Shown here piece after piece: positions 8,800-18,153 of a stretch of DNA of 64,000 nt (positions within the stretch are counted from its first letter, which is position 1; the number at the start of each line of letters is the position of its first letter). The stretch comes from Nitrospiraceae bacterium (GTDB lineage Bacteria > Nitrospirota > Nitrospiria > Nitrospirales > Nitrospiraceae): contig JABFSG010000023.1 of the NCBI GenBank assembly GCA_013140715.1, forward strand, positions 9,202 through 73,201, given 5' to 3'. The notes beneath the pieces are model-generated. The model had not been told where the DNA came from and made no database searches. It saw only the letters and a program-made list of their open reading frames with translations. Both the position numbers and the translations under genes were made by a program.

Positions 8800-9621
8800 A
8801 TGTCACACCCACAGGATCAGGATGTTTCGCTCGATAAACTCCTCTCGGTAGCGACTACCGCGGCGCGGCAGGGCGGAGCCATTCTAGTCGAGTGCACGCG
8901 CGTCGGTTTTCGTATTGAACATAAGCAGACCATCAACCTGGTCACGAATGCTGATCACCAGGCGGAGCAACGGATTATCGACGTTATCCACAGCGCGTTC
9001 CCGACCCATTCTGTCCTTGCAGAAGAACGTGGGCTGACCGAGCTATCTCCATCGCGCTATAAATGGGTGATCGATCCACTTGACGGCACGACCAATTTTG
9101 CCCACGGGTTTCCAGCCTACTGTGTGTCTATCGGAGTGGAATATGACGGACGTGGAGTTATTGGAGTCGTCTATGACCCGACTCGAGACGAACTGTTCAC
9201 TGCGCAAATCGGTCATGGGGCGTACCTCAATGGTATTCCCATTTCCGTGTCAGCAATGGACCATCTCGATCAGGCGCTCCTTGTGACCGGGTTTGCGTAC
9301 AACATTCGCGAGACCTCGAATAATAACTTGAACCACTTTGCACGATTTGCATTGAAGGTGCAGGGATTACGCAGAACCGGAACGGCAGCTCTCGATCTTT
9401 GCTATGTTGCGGCCGGCCGGTTCGATGGATTTTGGGAGGTGGCACTGAATCCATGGGACATGGCGGCAGGTGTTGTCATACTCCGGGAAGCCGGCGGTAG
9501 GGTGACGGATTTCTCGGGCAACCCTCATTCGATCTACGGGCAAGAACTAGTGGCGAGTAACGGGCCGCTTCACCAAGCTATGCTCGATCTGCTGCAAGAA
9601 GATACTTCAGCTCGCTCCTAA
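8800..9621 (+). CDS. suhB: inositol monophosphatase family protein
   Basis: WVIDPLDGTTNFAHGFP and WDMAAG motifs. Confidence 0.85.
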   Translation: MSHPQDQDVSLDKLLSVATTAARQGGAILVECTRVGFRIEHKQTINLVTNADHQAEQRIIDVIHSAFPTHSVLAEERGLTELSPSRYKWVIDPLDGTTNFAHGFPAYCVSIGVEYDGRGVIGVVYDPTRDELFTAQIGHGAYLNGIPISVSAMDHLDQALLVTGFAYNIRETSNNNLNHFARFALKVQGLRRTGTAALDLCYVAAGRFDGFWEVALNPWDMAAGVVILREAGGRVTDFSGNPHSIYGQELVASNGPLHQAMLDLLQEDTSARS

Positions 9622-9762
9622 GGCATCAGCCTCAATGTTTTCTTTCAAGTCCAGTCTGAGGATGGCACAGTCCGAACGGCCAGAAGGGCCTTCTTCCGGA
9701 TATACAGACTGAATAACGATGGGGTATGATTCTTTCCACAAGAGAGGAAGGAGAGCGGTTCT

Positions 9763-10047
9763 ATGGCACGTGCAATACCTCCGGCGGGAGATTCAAACGG
9801 AAATTCATCCCAAGCCGCAGCCTCCGAATCATCCGGCAAGGAGGTCGAACTGCTGCGGGTACTTGTGAGCCGAAAAGGAACACAAGTCGATGCCCAATGG
9901 GCGATTCACCCTCAACTGAAACAGGATCTTCTGCCGCAGGAATGGCAAGAAGTGACCGATCTTATGGCTAAGGTGACCGGCATCGTCGGCGCACAGTTTT
10001 CCCAGGTGCTCATGCGAGCAGATTCAGAACCTCCCAGTAACGCATAG
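9763..10047 (+). CDS. hypothetical protein (94 aa)
   Basis: AGGAG lies ~9 nt upstream of the ATG. The composition looks protein-like. No family recognised. Confidence 0.45.
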   Translation: MARAIPPAGDSNGNSSQAAASESSGKEVELLRVLVSRKGTQVDAQWAIHPQLKQDLLPQEWQEVTDLMAKVTGIVGAQFSQVLMRADSEPPSNA

Positions 10048-10127
10048 CGGTTGAGACTCAGGCCCAGTGCGGTTTCTTTCCAGGCTTCTCAGCCGCAGCC
10101 TTAATAACCTTCCAACGAGGAGGCACA

Positions 10128-10460
10128 ATGGAGACGTATTACCATCCCCATGACCTGGGAAAGTTTGCCGAGATGGGCAAGGGTAACAAGGATCTCTGGG
10201 AGAAATTCATGGCCTACTACAGTGCCGTCTTTGCTGAAGGGGCTCTGACGGAACGGGAAAAGGCCCTCATTGCCCTTGCCGTTGCCCACGCAGTTCAGTG
10301 TCCCTACTGTATCGATGCCTACACGCAGGCTTCTCTTGAAAAGGGGTCGAACATCGAAGAAATGACGGAAGCAGTCCACGTCGCCTGTGCTATCCGGGGC
10401 GGCGCCTCGCTCGCACACGGTGTCCAAATGCGCAACGTCGTCGATAAACTGTCGATGTGA
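10128..10460 (+). CDS. AhpD/carboxymuconolactone-decarboxylase-fold protein with CPYC motif (resembles the arsenosugar-associated peroxidase-like family)
   Basis: 110 aa. FAEGALTEREKALIALAVAHAVQCPYCIDAYT. GAGGAGG SD. Confidence 0.8.
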   Translation: METYYHPHDLGKFAEMGKGNKDLWEKFMAYYSAVFAEGALTEREKALIALAVAHAVQCPYCIDAYTQASLEKGSNIEEMTEAVHVACAIRGGASLAHGVQMRNVVDKLSM

Positions 10461-10481
10461 TGAGACGGGGGTCTCGTTTGG

Positions 10482-12341
10482 CTAGAGGTAAGAGTTTTCC
10501 GGAACAGCCAGTGTGAAGTACTTGCCACGCTCTTCGTAGAGAATTCGCGCCGCCGTCAATGAACTGAGAGCCCGATCGATCTCTTCATCGCGGCTCCTGC
10601 CTCTCTCTGGTCGGCTTGCCAATTGGATCCTGATCTGGTCTACATTCTTAGCCGCCTCGTTACAGACCTCGATGATTCCTGCCGCAGGCCAATCGAAGCG
10701 TCGCCGTATCGGTGCCTTCGGGTTCCGACCATCGTACACGGTGACATAGTCCATCGCCTTGGAATAGTAGAGAAACGGTCGATCGCTCGAACTGGTCACT
10801 CGCTGCCATTCGTGCACCAAGTCGACCAATTCTTGGTAGATGTGTGGATCAACCGTCCAATTGTCCAGCTTATATTCGAAATCGTAGGCGATCTTTTTCA
10901 AGTCCACTTGTCTTGCATCGTAGACATACTCATAGGCCGTTCCGGGGCCGGTGATGCGGATACCATACTCGTGAGGTCTGCTGTAGTAGGGACTGAAACG
11001 TTGTAGCCAAAACCTCCCGGTCGATTCCGGTGGCTGCAGGTGGAACAACGAGGGGAGTACGTCGATCTGCCGACGGTAGTCCTCGTTCGTTTCTCCCGGA
11101 AACCCGAGCAAAATATTCCAGGACACCGCGATATGGTAGTACGCGCTCCATTTGAGGCAGATAATATTCTGCATCGGTGTCACGCCCTTATCCATGGCCT
11201 GGAGCTGATTGAGGCTCAGACTTTCTAGCCCCGGCTGCATGCATTTCACGCCTCCGGCGGCGAGTGTGCGAATCTGGCTTTTGTGGAGATTGCTTTTGGT
11301 CTCGATAAAGACGTCAAGATCGCAATGGTCTGCCGCAAATCGACCGAACAGGTTCTCCACATATTTCATGTCGATGATGTTGTCTACCAGGCGAAATCGT
11401 GCCGTATCGTATCGACTGGAAAGATAGGCCATCTCCCGTGCCACATGCTCGGACGATTTTGCCCGAAACTTCATACTTTCCGCGTTCAATCCGCAAAACG
11501 TACAATGATGCTTCTCTCCCCACCAGCAACCACGGGAACCCTCGTACAGCAGGATCCGATCCAATCCTTGCGCCGCCTCGCCGAGTTCGGCAAGCAGATG
11601 GTAGTAGTCGTCGTAGTCCGGCGGACCGGTGTTCGAGAAGCCGGTAAAAAGAGAGGTATTCGGCACGAAGCAAATCCGGTCGCTTTCCCGGTAGGCGACT
11701 CCGCTGGGAATTTTGTCGCTTTTCCCTTCCAAGATTGTGCGGACCAGAGTTGGGAAAGTCTCTTCCCCCTCACCGATCACGACGTGATCGATAAAGGGGA
11801 AGGCTCTGAAATATTCCAATCCCATCTCGCCGTCGTAATTTGCTCCGCCGAAGATGATGGTCACATCGGGATAGAGATCCTTGATGAGCTTCGCCATCGT
11901 CAGGCTCGCGACGTTCTGGTCGAACGTGGAGGTGAAGCCGACAACCTTGTATTGGCCCCAGTCGATAGCGGTTAGGGCCCACGTCAAAAACTGTGGCGCT
12001 GTCCTCGTCGCCATCTCTTCGAAGAACGAGGCAGGATACCCGCTTTCCTTGGCAACTTGTTCGAATACCGGCTTAAACAGGCGGGGATACTCAACACGCT
12101 TTGGATTGTCGCGAAACAAGAGGTATGAAAAAATCCATTCACCGAACAGCGCCCGTTTCTCGCAGATCGTTTCATAGAGGGGCACGCCGATTTTGTAGGC
12201 AAAGTGGACGTTCAGATGATGACAGTCGACGACAATGCCTTGGGACTTGAGCAGCGCGGAGAGTGTGCCCAGTTGGATCGAGGGATACTTCGAATAGCTG
12301 AACGGCATGTTGACGAGCGCCACCTGGGCTCTGTTGCTCAT
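10482..12341 (-). CDS. B12-binding-domain radical SAM protein (RiPP-maturation C-methyltransferase-like family)
   Basis: Chosen start MSNRAQVALVNMPF (619 aa). It has an N-terminal cobalamin-binding-type region and the cluster motif GSRGCWWGEKHHCTFCGLN (CX7CX2C). Confidence 0.8.
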   Translation of the reverse strand: MSNRAQVALVNMPFSYSKYPSIQLGTLSALLKSQGIVVDCHHLNVHFAYKIGVPLYETICEKRALFGEWIFSYLLFRDNPKRVEYPRLFKPVFEQVAKESGYPASFFEEMATRTAPQFLTWALTAIDWGQYKVVGFTSTFDQNVASLTMAKLIKDLYPDVTIIFGGANYDGEMGLEYFRAFPFIDHVVIGEGEETFPTLVRTILEGKSDKIPSGVAYRESDRICFVPNTSLFTGFSNTGPPDYDDYYHLLAELGEAAQGLDRILLYEGSRGCWWGEKHHCTFCGLNAESMKFRAKSSEHVAREMAYLSSRYDTARFRLVDNIIDMKYVENLFGRFAADHCDLDVFIETKSNLHKSQIRTLAAGGVKCMQPGLESLSLNQLQAMDKGVTPMQNIICLKWSAYYHIAVSWNILLGFPGETNEDYRRQIDVLPSLFHLQPPESTGRFWLQRFSPYYSRPHEYGIRITGPGTAYEYVYDARQVDLKKIAYDFEYKLDNWTVDPHIYQELVDLVHEWQRVTSSSDRPFLYYSKAMDYVTVYDGRNPKAPIRRRFDWPAAGIIEVCNEAAKNVDQIRIQLASRPERGRSRDEEIDRALSSLTAARILYEERGKYFTLAVPENSYL

Positions 12342-12384
12342 CTCATGCCTCGTGAGTTCATGACGCAACCGTCCTGACGCGCGG

Positions 12385-12735
12385 TTAACCGGCAACGGCG
12401 CGAAATGCTTCAAACTCCCGGTCGGCTTTAGCGGCCATGTAGAAGTCGCTCTCCGTCAGGCCATTGATCTTGTGCGTCCAGATCTCGACCTTGCATTTGC
12501 CCCAGGCCAGATAGAGGTCGGGATGGTGACCTTCCGTTTCCGCCACGGCTCCAACCTTGTTCACGTAATCCAAGGCCTGGGCAAAGTCCTTAAACGTATA
12601 GAGCCGTTCCAGATGGCCAGCTTGGTTCAGCGACCACCCACGTCCTAATTCTTTCAGTAGGGCCTGTGCCCGTTCCGCTGGAACTGGCGGTACACCGCCT
12701 CGGCAGGGGATACAATTGTTGTCAGCAAGACTCAT
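12385..12735 (-). CDS. phhB: pterin-4a-carbinolamine dehydratase
   Basis: EGHHPDLYLAWGKCKVEIWTHKINGLTESDF is the PCD signature. GAGGAGG SD before the ATG at 12735. Confidence 0.9.
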   Translation of the reverse strand: MSLADNNCIPCRGGVPPVPAERAQALLKELGRGWSLNQAGHLERLYTFKDFAQALDYVNKVGAVAETEGHHPDLYLAWGKCKVEIWTHKINGLTESDFYMAAKADREFEAFRAVAG

Positions 12736-13189
12736 GGCGGCCTCCTCTTGGATGGGAATCACTATCGCGTACCGTTTATATCCGGGAGAGGTATTCTAAA
12801 GGGGCTTCGAGAGGAAGGGCAAGGTGGGCACCCAGGTGATCGCGAAGTCTCGTACTACTATCCATCGACTGTGTAGTCCGAGCGGGTAGGTCTTCCATCT
12901 TGATCTTTTGGGATTGGACTTGGCCGTTTCGGTTATCACCTTCAACGGCTCGACCCAGTTCAGCGACTTTTGTCAGGGGAGCCGTGGGTTGGAGTTTGAT
13001 CGCGACCAACCCGGTCAATGTGGGAGCAGGTGAACGTCGTCGTACGCCACCGGTAGCACGAGGGACTCTTGCTGCTTCCCAGGCATTGCTCAGTCTGGTA
13101 GGGAAGGAGCGGATCACGATCGATCTACCCATTGCAACTCAGGCCTGAAATCAGTTGCGCAGAAGATCGGATGGTTCACGGCTTTCTAC

Positions 13190-13447
13190 GTGCGCGTGAG
13201 CAACATCATAGGCGGGAGGATTTTCACCACAACGGGAATCATGGTGCGAGACCTCGGCGGTCCACTGCCGATTCTCCTACGGCCCACAGAATCGTTGTAT
13301 GGGGTGGCAACAGTCCTGAGCGGAATTCCGCTTTATTACTTCTGGCGACGATCACCGCAGTTCCCAGCACAAACCCTGATCAGACTCGTCAACATATCCT
13401 CCACCGAGATGCAGCAAATGAAACTCCATGGCGGAATCGGGTCGTAG
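13190..13447 (+). pseudogene. remnant of an APC-family amino-acid permease (N- and C-terminal pieces joined, interior missing)
   Basis: RVSNIIGGRIFTTTGIMVRDLGGP resembles a permease TM1 region. It is followed directly by a C-terminal-type LSGIPLYYFWRR, giving 85 aa instead of ~450. Confidence 0.55.
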
Positions 13448-14282
13448 AGTGAGGTACTGAGGGAAGGGATCGCGACCGAAGGGAAGATCTCTACGAGCAA
13501 TAACAGAACGGGCGACCCTGCACTAGGTGGGAGGTCGCCCGCATGTGGCGCTTAGGACGCCAAGTCATCTATATGAAATTGTCGCGGCCCAGAAAAAACT
13601 GAGACCCGCACGACAGTTGGAGTATTGGACAACCGATCGGGGGAGCGCGAATGCATCCCAGGCGCTTGTGTTCCTCGCGCCAGCGTCGAGTTCTCCCTAC
13701 AGGAAATAGGCTAGTACCTTAATTGGTTTTGGTGCCGTTACGGCACAGCCAGTGGAGAACCGGCTAGCACGACCGATCAGAAGCCCGCCCTCGAGTCGGC
13801 GGGCCTGTGTGGTCAGGTGGAGTCAGGTCATCCATCGCTACCCTCCTCTCTTGAGAAAGTTTGCGGGGGTACCCGTTTACAGCCGTGCGCTCTGTCCGGT
13901 CCCCCTAATCGAATGAATGAATGGGCCGTAGCTTCCTATTACGCTCATTAGAAAAACGTGTCAACGGGAAAGATAATGTTGGGGGAAATTATTTTTTGCA
14001 TTGGCACAGTGAGCATAAACCAAACTTACCGAAAGCCTATCGGGCATTATCAACTGAACGGTAGTGTGAGTAGAAATGTTGGGCAGGCTCTCAGTGCACG
14101 ATTTTTGAACAGCGACTACAGCGTGAAGTGGGAGGCAGAATGCAGAAGCTGTGGTGGCTCAGCCTGAGAGTTTGTCTCCATGCTGAGAGAGCAGCACTAT
14201 CTCCTCCGTCCTGATGGAGAAAAATGTGGAAGAATGCTTCGCGGCAACTCTTCTTTGCGCATACTCATCTAAGATGGGTGGC

Positions 14283-14312
14283 TTGACAGTAGAGCCTCTC
14301 GGATAGTATTAA
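14283..14312 (+). promoter_or_regulatory. candidate sigma-70 promoter for the Rrf2/sulfate-assimilation operon
   Basis: TTGACA (14283-14288), then a 16-18 nt spacer, then TAGTAT/TATTAA, about 40 nt upstream of the ATG at 14352. Confidence 0.4.
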
Positions 14313-14351
14313 GTAGGTCATGATTTTTAATTCCTACCGGAATACTCATAT

Positions 14352-14801
14352 ATGAAAGTTTCCCTCAGGGCTACCTACGGAATTATGGCGGCAGTCGACT
14401 TAGCAATGCATCTTGGAACGGTGCCGGTCCAAGCAAAATCGATTGCACGACGTCAAGCGATCCCCGCTCGCTTTCTTGAGCAAGTTCTTCACGGTATGAA
14501 GAAGGCTGGTCTTGTATCGAGCCTTCGTGGAGCCCAGGGGGGATATATCCTTTCAAAGAAACCATCCGAGCTGTCAGTCGTTGAGATTCTTGAAGCGCTT
14601 GATGGCCCGCTTTTTCCCTTAGGCGATAGAACCGGCCGAGCACAGGTGCGACGACTCAGTAAGCCGGAACTTTTGCTTGAGAAGGTGTGGGAGCAGGTCT
14701 ATCGAGCGGAGCGAGGAGTGCTTGAAGCGATCAGCGTGGAAGATTTGGCTGGGCAGCAACGTGTGCTCGAGCAAGAGCGGTCATTGATGTATCACATTTG
14801 A
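14352..14801 (+). CDS. Rrf2-family transcriptional regulator
   Basis: MKVSLRATYGIMAAVDLA...IPARFLEQVLHGMKKAGLVSSLRGAQGGYILS. Confidence 0.9.
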   Translation: MKVSLRATYGIMAAVDLAMHLGTVPVQAKSIARRQAIPARFLEQVLHGMKKAGLVSSLRGAQGGYILSKKPSELSVVEILEALDGPLFPLGDRTGRAQVRRLSKPELLLEKVWEQVYRAERGVLEAISVEDLAGQQRVLEQERSLMYHI

Positions 14802-17305
14802 GGTCATTTATGCGTCCTACACCACTTAGCACGGTTCCGATAAAGATAGAGCCGATTTCTCCGGAAATATTAGAAGAGATCGAGACCTTCGAGGCAGAGG
14901 CTAAGCGGTTGGTCTCCGGTGATGTCTCAAGCGATTTGTTTAGGCCCTTCCGTCTCCAATATGGCATCTATGGTCAACGGCAGGCTGGTGTCCAGATGGT
15001 CCGCATCAAGATTCCCTTCGGGGGACTGACGGCCAATCAGCTTCGCCGGGTTGCGGAATTGACCGAGCGATATGCCACCGGTGTCGGGCATGTGACCACG
15101 CGTCAGGATATCCAGCTGCATTTTGTCGAGCTATCGGATGTGTCGGCCATCATGCGTGGGTTGGCGGAAGTCGGTTTGACCACGAGAGAGGCCTGTGCCA
15201 ATACCGTCCGCAATGTGACAGCCTGTCACCTTGCAGGAATCTGTCAAGGTGAGGTGTTCGACGTGACGCCCTATGCGAAAACCGTCGCGCTCCATCTCTT
15301 GAGGAATCCGCTCAACCAGAGCCTTCCCCGAAAATTTAAGATTGCCTTCTCCGGCTGCAAGCAGGACTGTGCGCTCACGCCGATTCACGATATCGGGCTG
15401 TTGGCTGCGAAACGTGCGGATGGAACCATTGGCTTTCGAATGGTCGCAGGCGGCGGTCTCGGTTCCGCTCCTCGCCTCGCGCAGGTTCTTCGAGAGTTCA
15501 CTCCGATGGATGAGCTTATCCCGAGTGTGGAGGCTGTGATCAGGGTATTCGATACCTTGGGCAATCGGAAAAATCGTACGAAGGCCCGCATGAAGTTTGT
15601 TATCGAAAAGCTGGGCTTCGAGGAGTTCAAGCGTCGCTGGGAAGAGGCCTACGTGTCGATGGGACAGGCCCGTCCGACCCATGAACCGATCAAGTTGCTG
15701 TCGTATCCGGATGAGCCCGTTCAGCTTATTATGCCGACCTCCAATGGTTCGAACCAGGCAGCGGCGCACACCAATGGGCATGCCCAGGTTCATCGAACGG
15801 AAACCCCGTTCGAGATGTGGCGCCGCACCAACGTGGTGCGCCAGAAGCAAGAGGGTTATGTCGCAGCAGTGACCAAGCTATTCATGGGCGATCTCACGGC
15901 AGAGCAGATGCTTCTGATTGCCGATCTTGCGGATCGCTACTCCAATGGCAACATTCGAACGACGATCAATCAAAACATGATCATTCGATGGGTGCCGGAA
16001 TCGCGCATCGCCGATCTTTACTCAGATCTTGCCTCGCAGGGCTTGGCGGATCCCGGCGCCGAATTGGTGGAAGATATTATCGCCTGCCCCGGCACCGATA
16101 CATGTGGCCTTGGGATCACGTCTTCCAAGGGGCTCGCGCGGGCACTGGCAGAGGTATTTCCAGCTGGGCTGGTTCCTGAGGATCTGAAGGATGTCTCTGT
16201 CAAGATCAGCGGGTGCCATAACTCTTGCGCCCAGCACCATATTGCCACGATCGGGTTGCATGGAGTCGGAAAACGCATCGGCGAGCATGTGGCACCTTTC
16301 TACGAATTGCATTTAGGAGGGAAGATCAACGGTACGGCGAAGATCGGACAGATGGTGGTCAAGTTGCCTGCCAAGAGCGTGTCGGCGGCGATTACGCACT
16401 TGATCGACGTGTATCGGCGTGATCGCCATTCCGGTGAAGGGTTGCCGGCCTTCATTGACCGTGCCGGCAAGATCAAGCTCAAGGAGGAACTGATCCCCTA
16501 CACGATCGTTCCCTCCTTTAAAGATGATTCGACTTTCTACTACGACTGGGAAGGAGAAGAAGAATTTATCTTGGAGGATCTTGGGCCAGGCGAGTGCGCA
16601 GGCGGCGCACTTGAAATGATTGAAAACGGTATTCTCGAAGCAGATCAAGAACTCTATCAAGCTAAGCTCCTTGTCGATAATCACCAATATTCTGTCTCGG
16701 TGAACAAGTCCTATCGGGCAGTGTTGGCCGCTGCTAAGGCGTTACTTGTTACTGAAGGGCTTGAGCCTTCGACGGATGCAGAGACCTTTCTTGAATTTGA
16801 TAGCCGGATCGCGCAAAAGGGCATCGTTCCAGCGATATATCGGGATCTGAGGAAGAGTGTCGGCGATTTAGGGCCCAAGGACACCACGGGCGAATCAGCT
16901 CGGGAGAAGATGGTGTTCGCCAAGGGATTTGTCGATGCCTGTCGCGCCTCCACGGATCAGATGGGCAAAGATCTTAAATTGGCGCCGGTGGGTGAGGCAG
17001 AGGGCGCTAAGGTCAGCGTGACACCAGAGGTCAAGCCAGCCCAATTGGCAACTCCCGCACCTGCCCCATCCGGTGTGCCAGTTTACGATCTACGCGGGGT
17101 GGCTTGCCCGATGAATTACGTCAAGACCAAACTGAAATTGGAGATGATGGACGCGGGCGAACAATTGGAAGTTTGGCTTGATGCGGGAGAACCCATTAAG
17201 AACGTGCCGATGAGCTTGAAAAACGATGGGCATAAGTTGTTGGTGCAGGAGGCGTTGGAAGCGGACGCTACGCACTACCGGATTCTGGTCGAAAAAGTAG
17301 AATGA
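14798..17305 (+). CDS. sir: assimilatory sulfite (or nitrite) reductase hemoprotein fused to a helical domain and a C-terminal TusA/SirA-like domain
   Basis: 835 aa. It has two NiR/SiR ferredoxin-like halves (TTRQDIQLHF, CPGTDTCGLG, SGCHNSCAQH). The C-terminal VYDLRGVACPMNYVKTKLKLEMMDAGEQLEVWLD is TusA-like. The start could be 14798 (TTG) or 14810 (ATG). Confidence 0.88.
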   Translation: MRSFMRPTPLSTVPIKIEPISPEILEEIETFEAEAKRLVSGDVSSDLFRPFRLQYGIYGQRQAGVQMVRIKIPFGGLTANQLRRVAELTERYATGVGHVTTRQDIQLHFVELSDVSAIMRGLAEVGLTTREACANTVRNVTACHLAGICQGEVFDVTPYAKTVALHLLRNPLNQSLPRKFKIAFSGCKQDCALTPIHDIGLLAAKRADGTIGFRMVAGGGLGSAPRLAQVLREFTPMDELIPSVEAVIRVFDTLGNRKNRTKARMKFVIEKLGFEEFKRRWEEAYVSMGQARPTHEPIKLLSYPDEPVQLIMPTSNGSNQAAAHTNGHAQVHRTETPFEMWRRTNVVRQKQEGYVAAVTKLFMGDLTAEQMLLIADLADRYSNGNIRTTINQNMIIRWVPESRIADLYSDLASQGLADPGAELVEDIIACPGTDTCGLGITSSKGLARALAEVFPAGLVPEDLKDVSVKISGCHNSCAQHHIATIGLHGVGKRIGEHVAPFYELHLGGKINGTAKIGQMVVKLPAKSVSAAITHLIDVYRRDRHSGEGLPAFIDRAGKIKLKEELIPYTIVPSFKDDSTFYYDWEGEEEFILEDLGPGECAGGALEMIENGILEADQELYQAKLLVDNHQYSVSVNKSYRAVLAAAKALLVTEGLEPSTDAETFLEFDSRIAQKGIVPAIYRDLRKSVGDLGPKDTTGESAREKMVFAKGFVDACRASTDQMGKDLKLAPVGEAEGAKVSVTPEVKPAQLATPAPAPSGVPVYDLRGVACPMNYVKTKLKLEMMDAGEQLEVWLDAGEPIKNVPMSLKNDGHKLLVQEALEADATHYRILVEKVE

Positions 17306-17403
17306 GAAGGAGAGGCACGAGGGTCGGTCTGTGCTCCCAGAGCGTGCACAATGGGAATGTGTTCGCTCGTGGGCGCAGATGACCAACCCTGCTGCCTCTC
17401 CTG

Positions 17404-18153
17404 ATGAAAGTGTGGATGGGAAGAGGGGTTAGCGTGGAGAATAGAGAACATTCAACCTCTGCCGAGGAGCTTGCAGTCTGGGGTGAATCGTTCGAGGCGA
17501 AGCAGCCACAAGAGTTACTGGCGGCTGTGATCGAGCGGTATACGACCAAGATTGTGCTCGCGTGCAGTTTTGGCGCTGAGGATGTTGTGCTGGTGGACAT
17601 GGTCCACCGCATCAATCCATCCGTGCCACTCTTCTACCTCGACACGGACTTTCTCTTTCCTGAAACCTATGCCACGCGCGACCGTGTGATCGAGCGTTAT
17701 GGGCTGCAACCACGGCAGGTTATTCAGGTAAAATCGATGCTCACTCCGAAGCAACAGGCCGCTCAGCATGGCGATGCCCTGTGGGCGAGCCATCCCGATC
17801 AATGTTGCGAGTTGCGCAAAGTGGAGCCGCTCAGGCGCGTGCTCAAGGGATTCGACGCCTGGATCACCGGGATTAGGCGTGACCAGTCTCCCACGAGAGC
17901 CAATGCAAAGCTGATCGAGTGGGACCGGAAGTTTCAGTTGGCCAAAGTCAATCCGCTTGCGAAGTGGACGTCGGAGGATGTCTGGACCTACATTCGTGTC
18001 CATGAAGTTCCTTACAACGAATTGCATGACCGTGGCTATCCAAGCATCGGCTGTACCTATTGCACAAGTCCAGTGATGCCCGGCGAAGACTCCCGCGCGG
18101 GACGATGGAAAAATTTTGCGAAGACTGAGTGTGGGTTACACAAGGCCTCATAA
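17404..18153 (+). CDS. cysH: adenylyl-sulfate (APS)/PAPS reductase, thioredoxin-dependent, Fe-S (APS-type) variant
   Basis: Carries ECGLH, plus the extra cysteine pairs DQCCELRK and SIGCTYCT typical of APS-specific enzymes. The exact start is uncertain. Confidence 0.9.
   Translation: MKVWMGRGVSVENREHSTSAEELAVWGESFEAKQPQELLAAVIERYTTKIVLACSFGAEDVVLVDMVHRINPSVPLFYLDTDFLFPETYATRDRVIERYGLQPRQVIQVKSMLTPKQQAAQHGDALWASHPDQCCELRKVEPLRRVLKGFDAWITGIRRDQSPTRANAKLIEWDRKFQLAKVNPLAKWTSEDVWTYIRVHEVPYNELHDRGYPSIGCTYCTSPVMPGEDSRAGRWKNFAKTECGLHKAS

Noticed and set aside
12776-13132. The 118-aa minus-strand ORF, or its internal 40-codon MEDLPARTT... part, as the RiPP precursor for the radical SAM enzyme.
   Set aside because: There is no Shine-Dalgarno sequence and no NHLP/Nif11-like leader or Gly-Gly cleavage motif. 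The composition resembles non-coding translation. It is equally open on the opposite strand.
13450-13900. The structured segment as RNase P RNA, tmRNA or a cobalamin riboswitch.
   Set aside because: On neither strand could I find GAGGAAAGUCCGG / ACAGAAxCCGGCUUA (RNase P), a tRNA-like GGUUCGA...CCA end with a tag ORF (tmRNA), or a convincing B12 box with GCCACUG core. Only generic hairpins are present.
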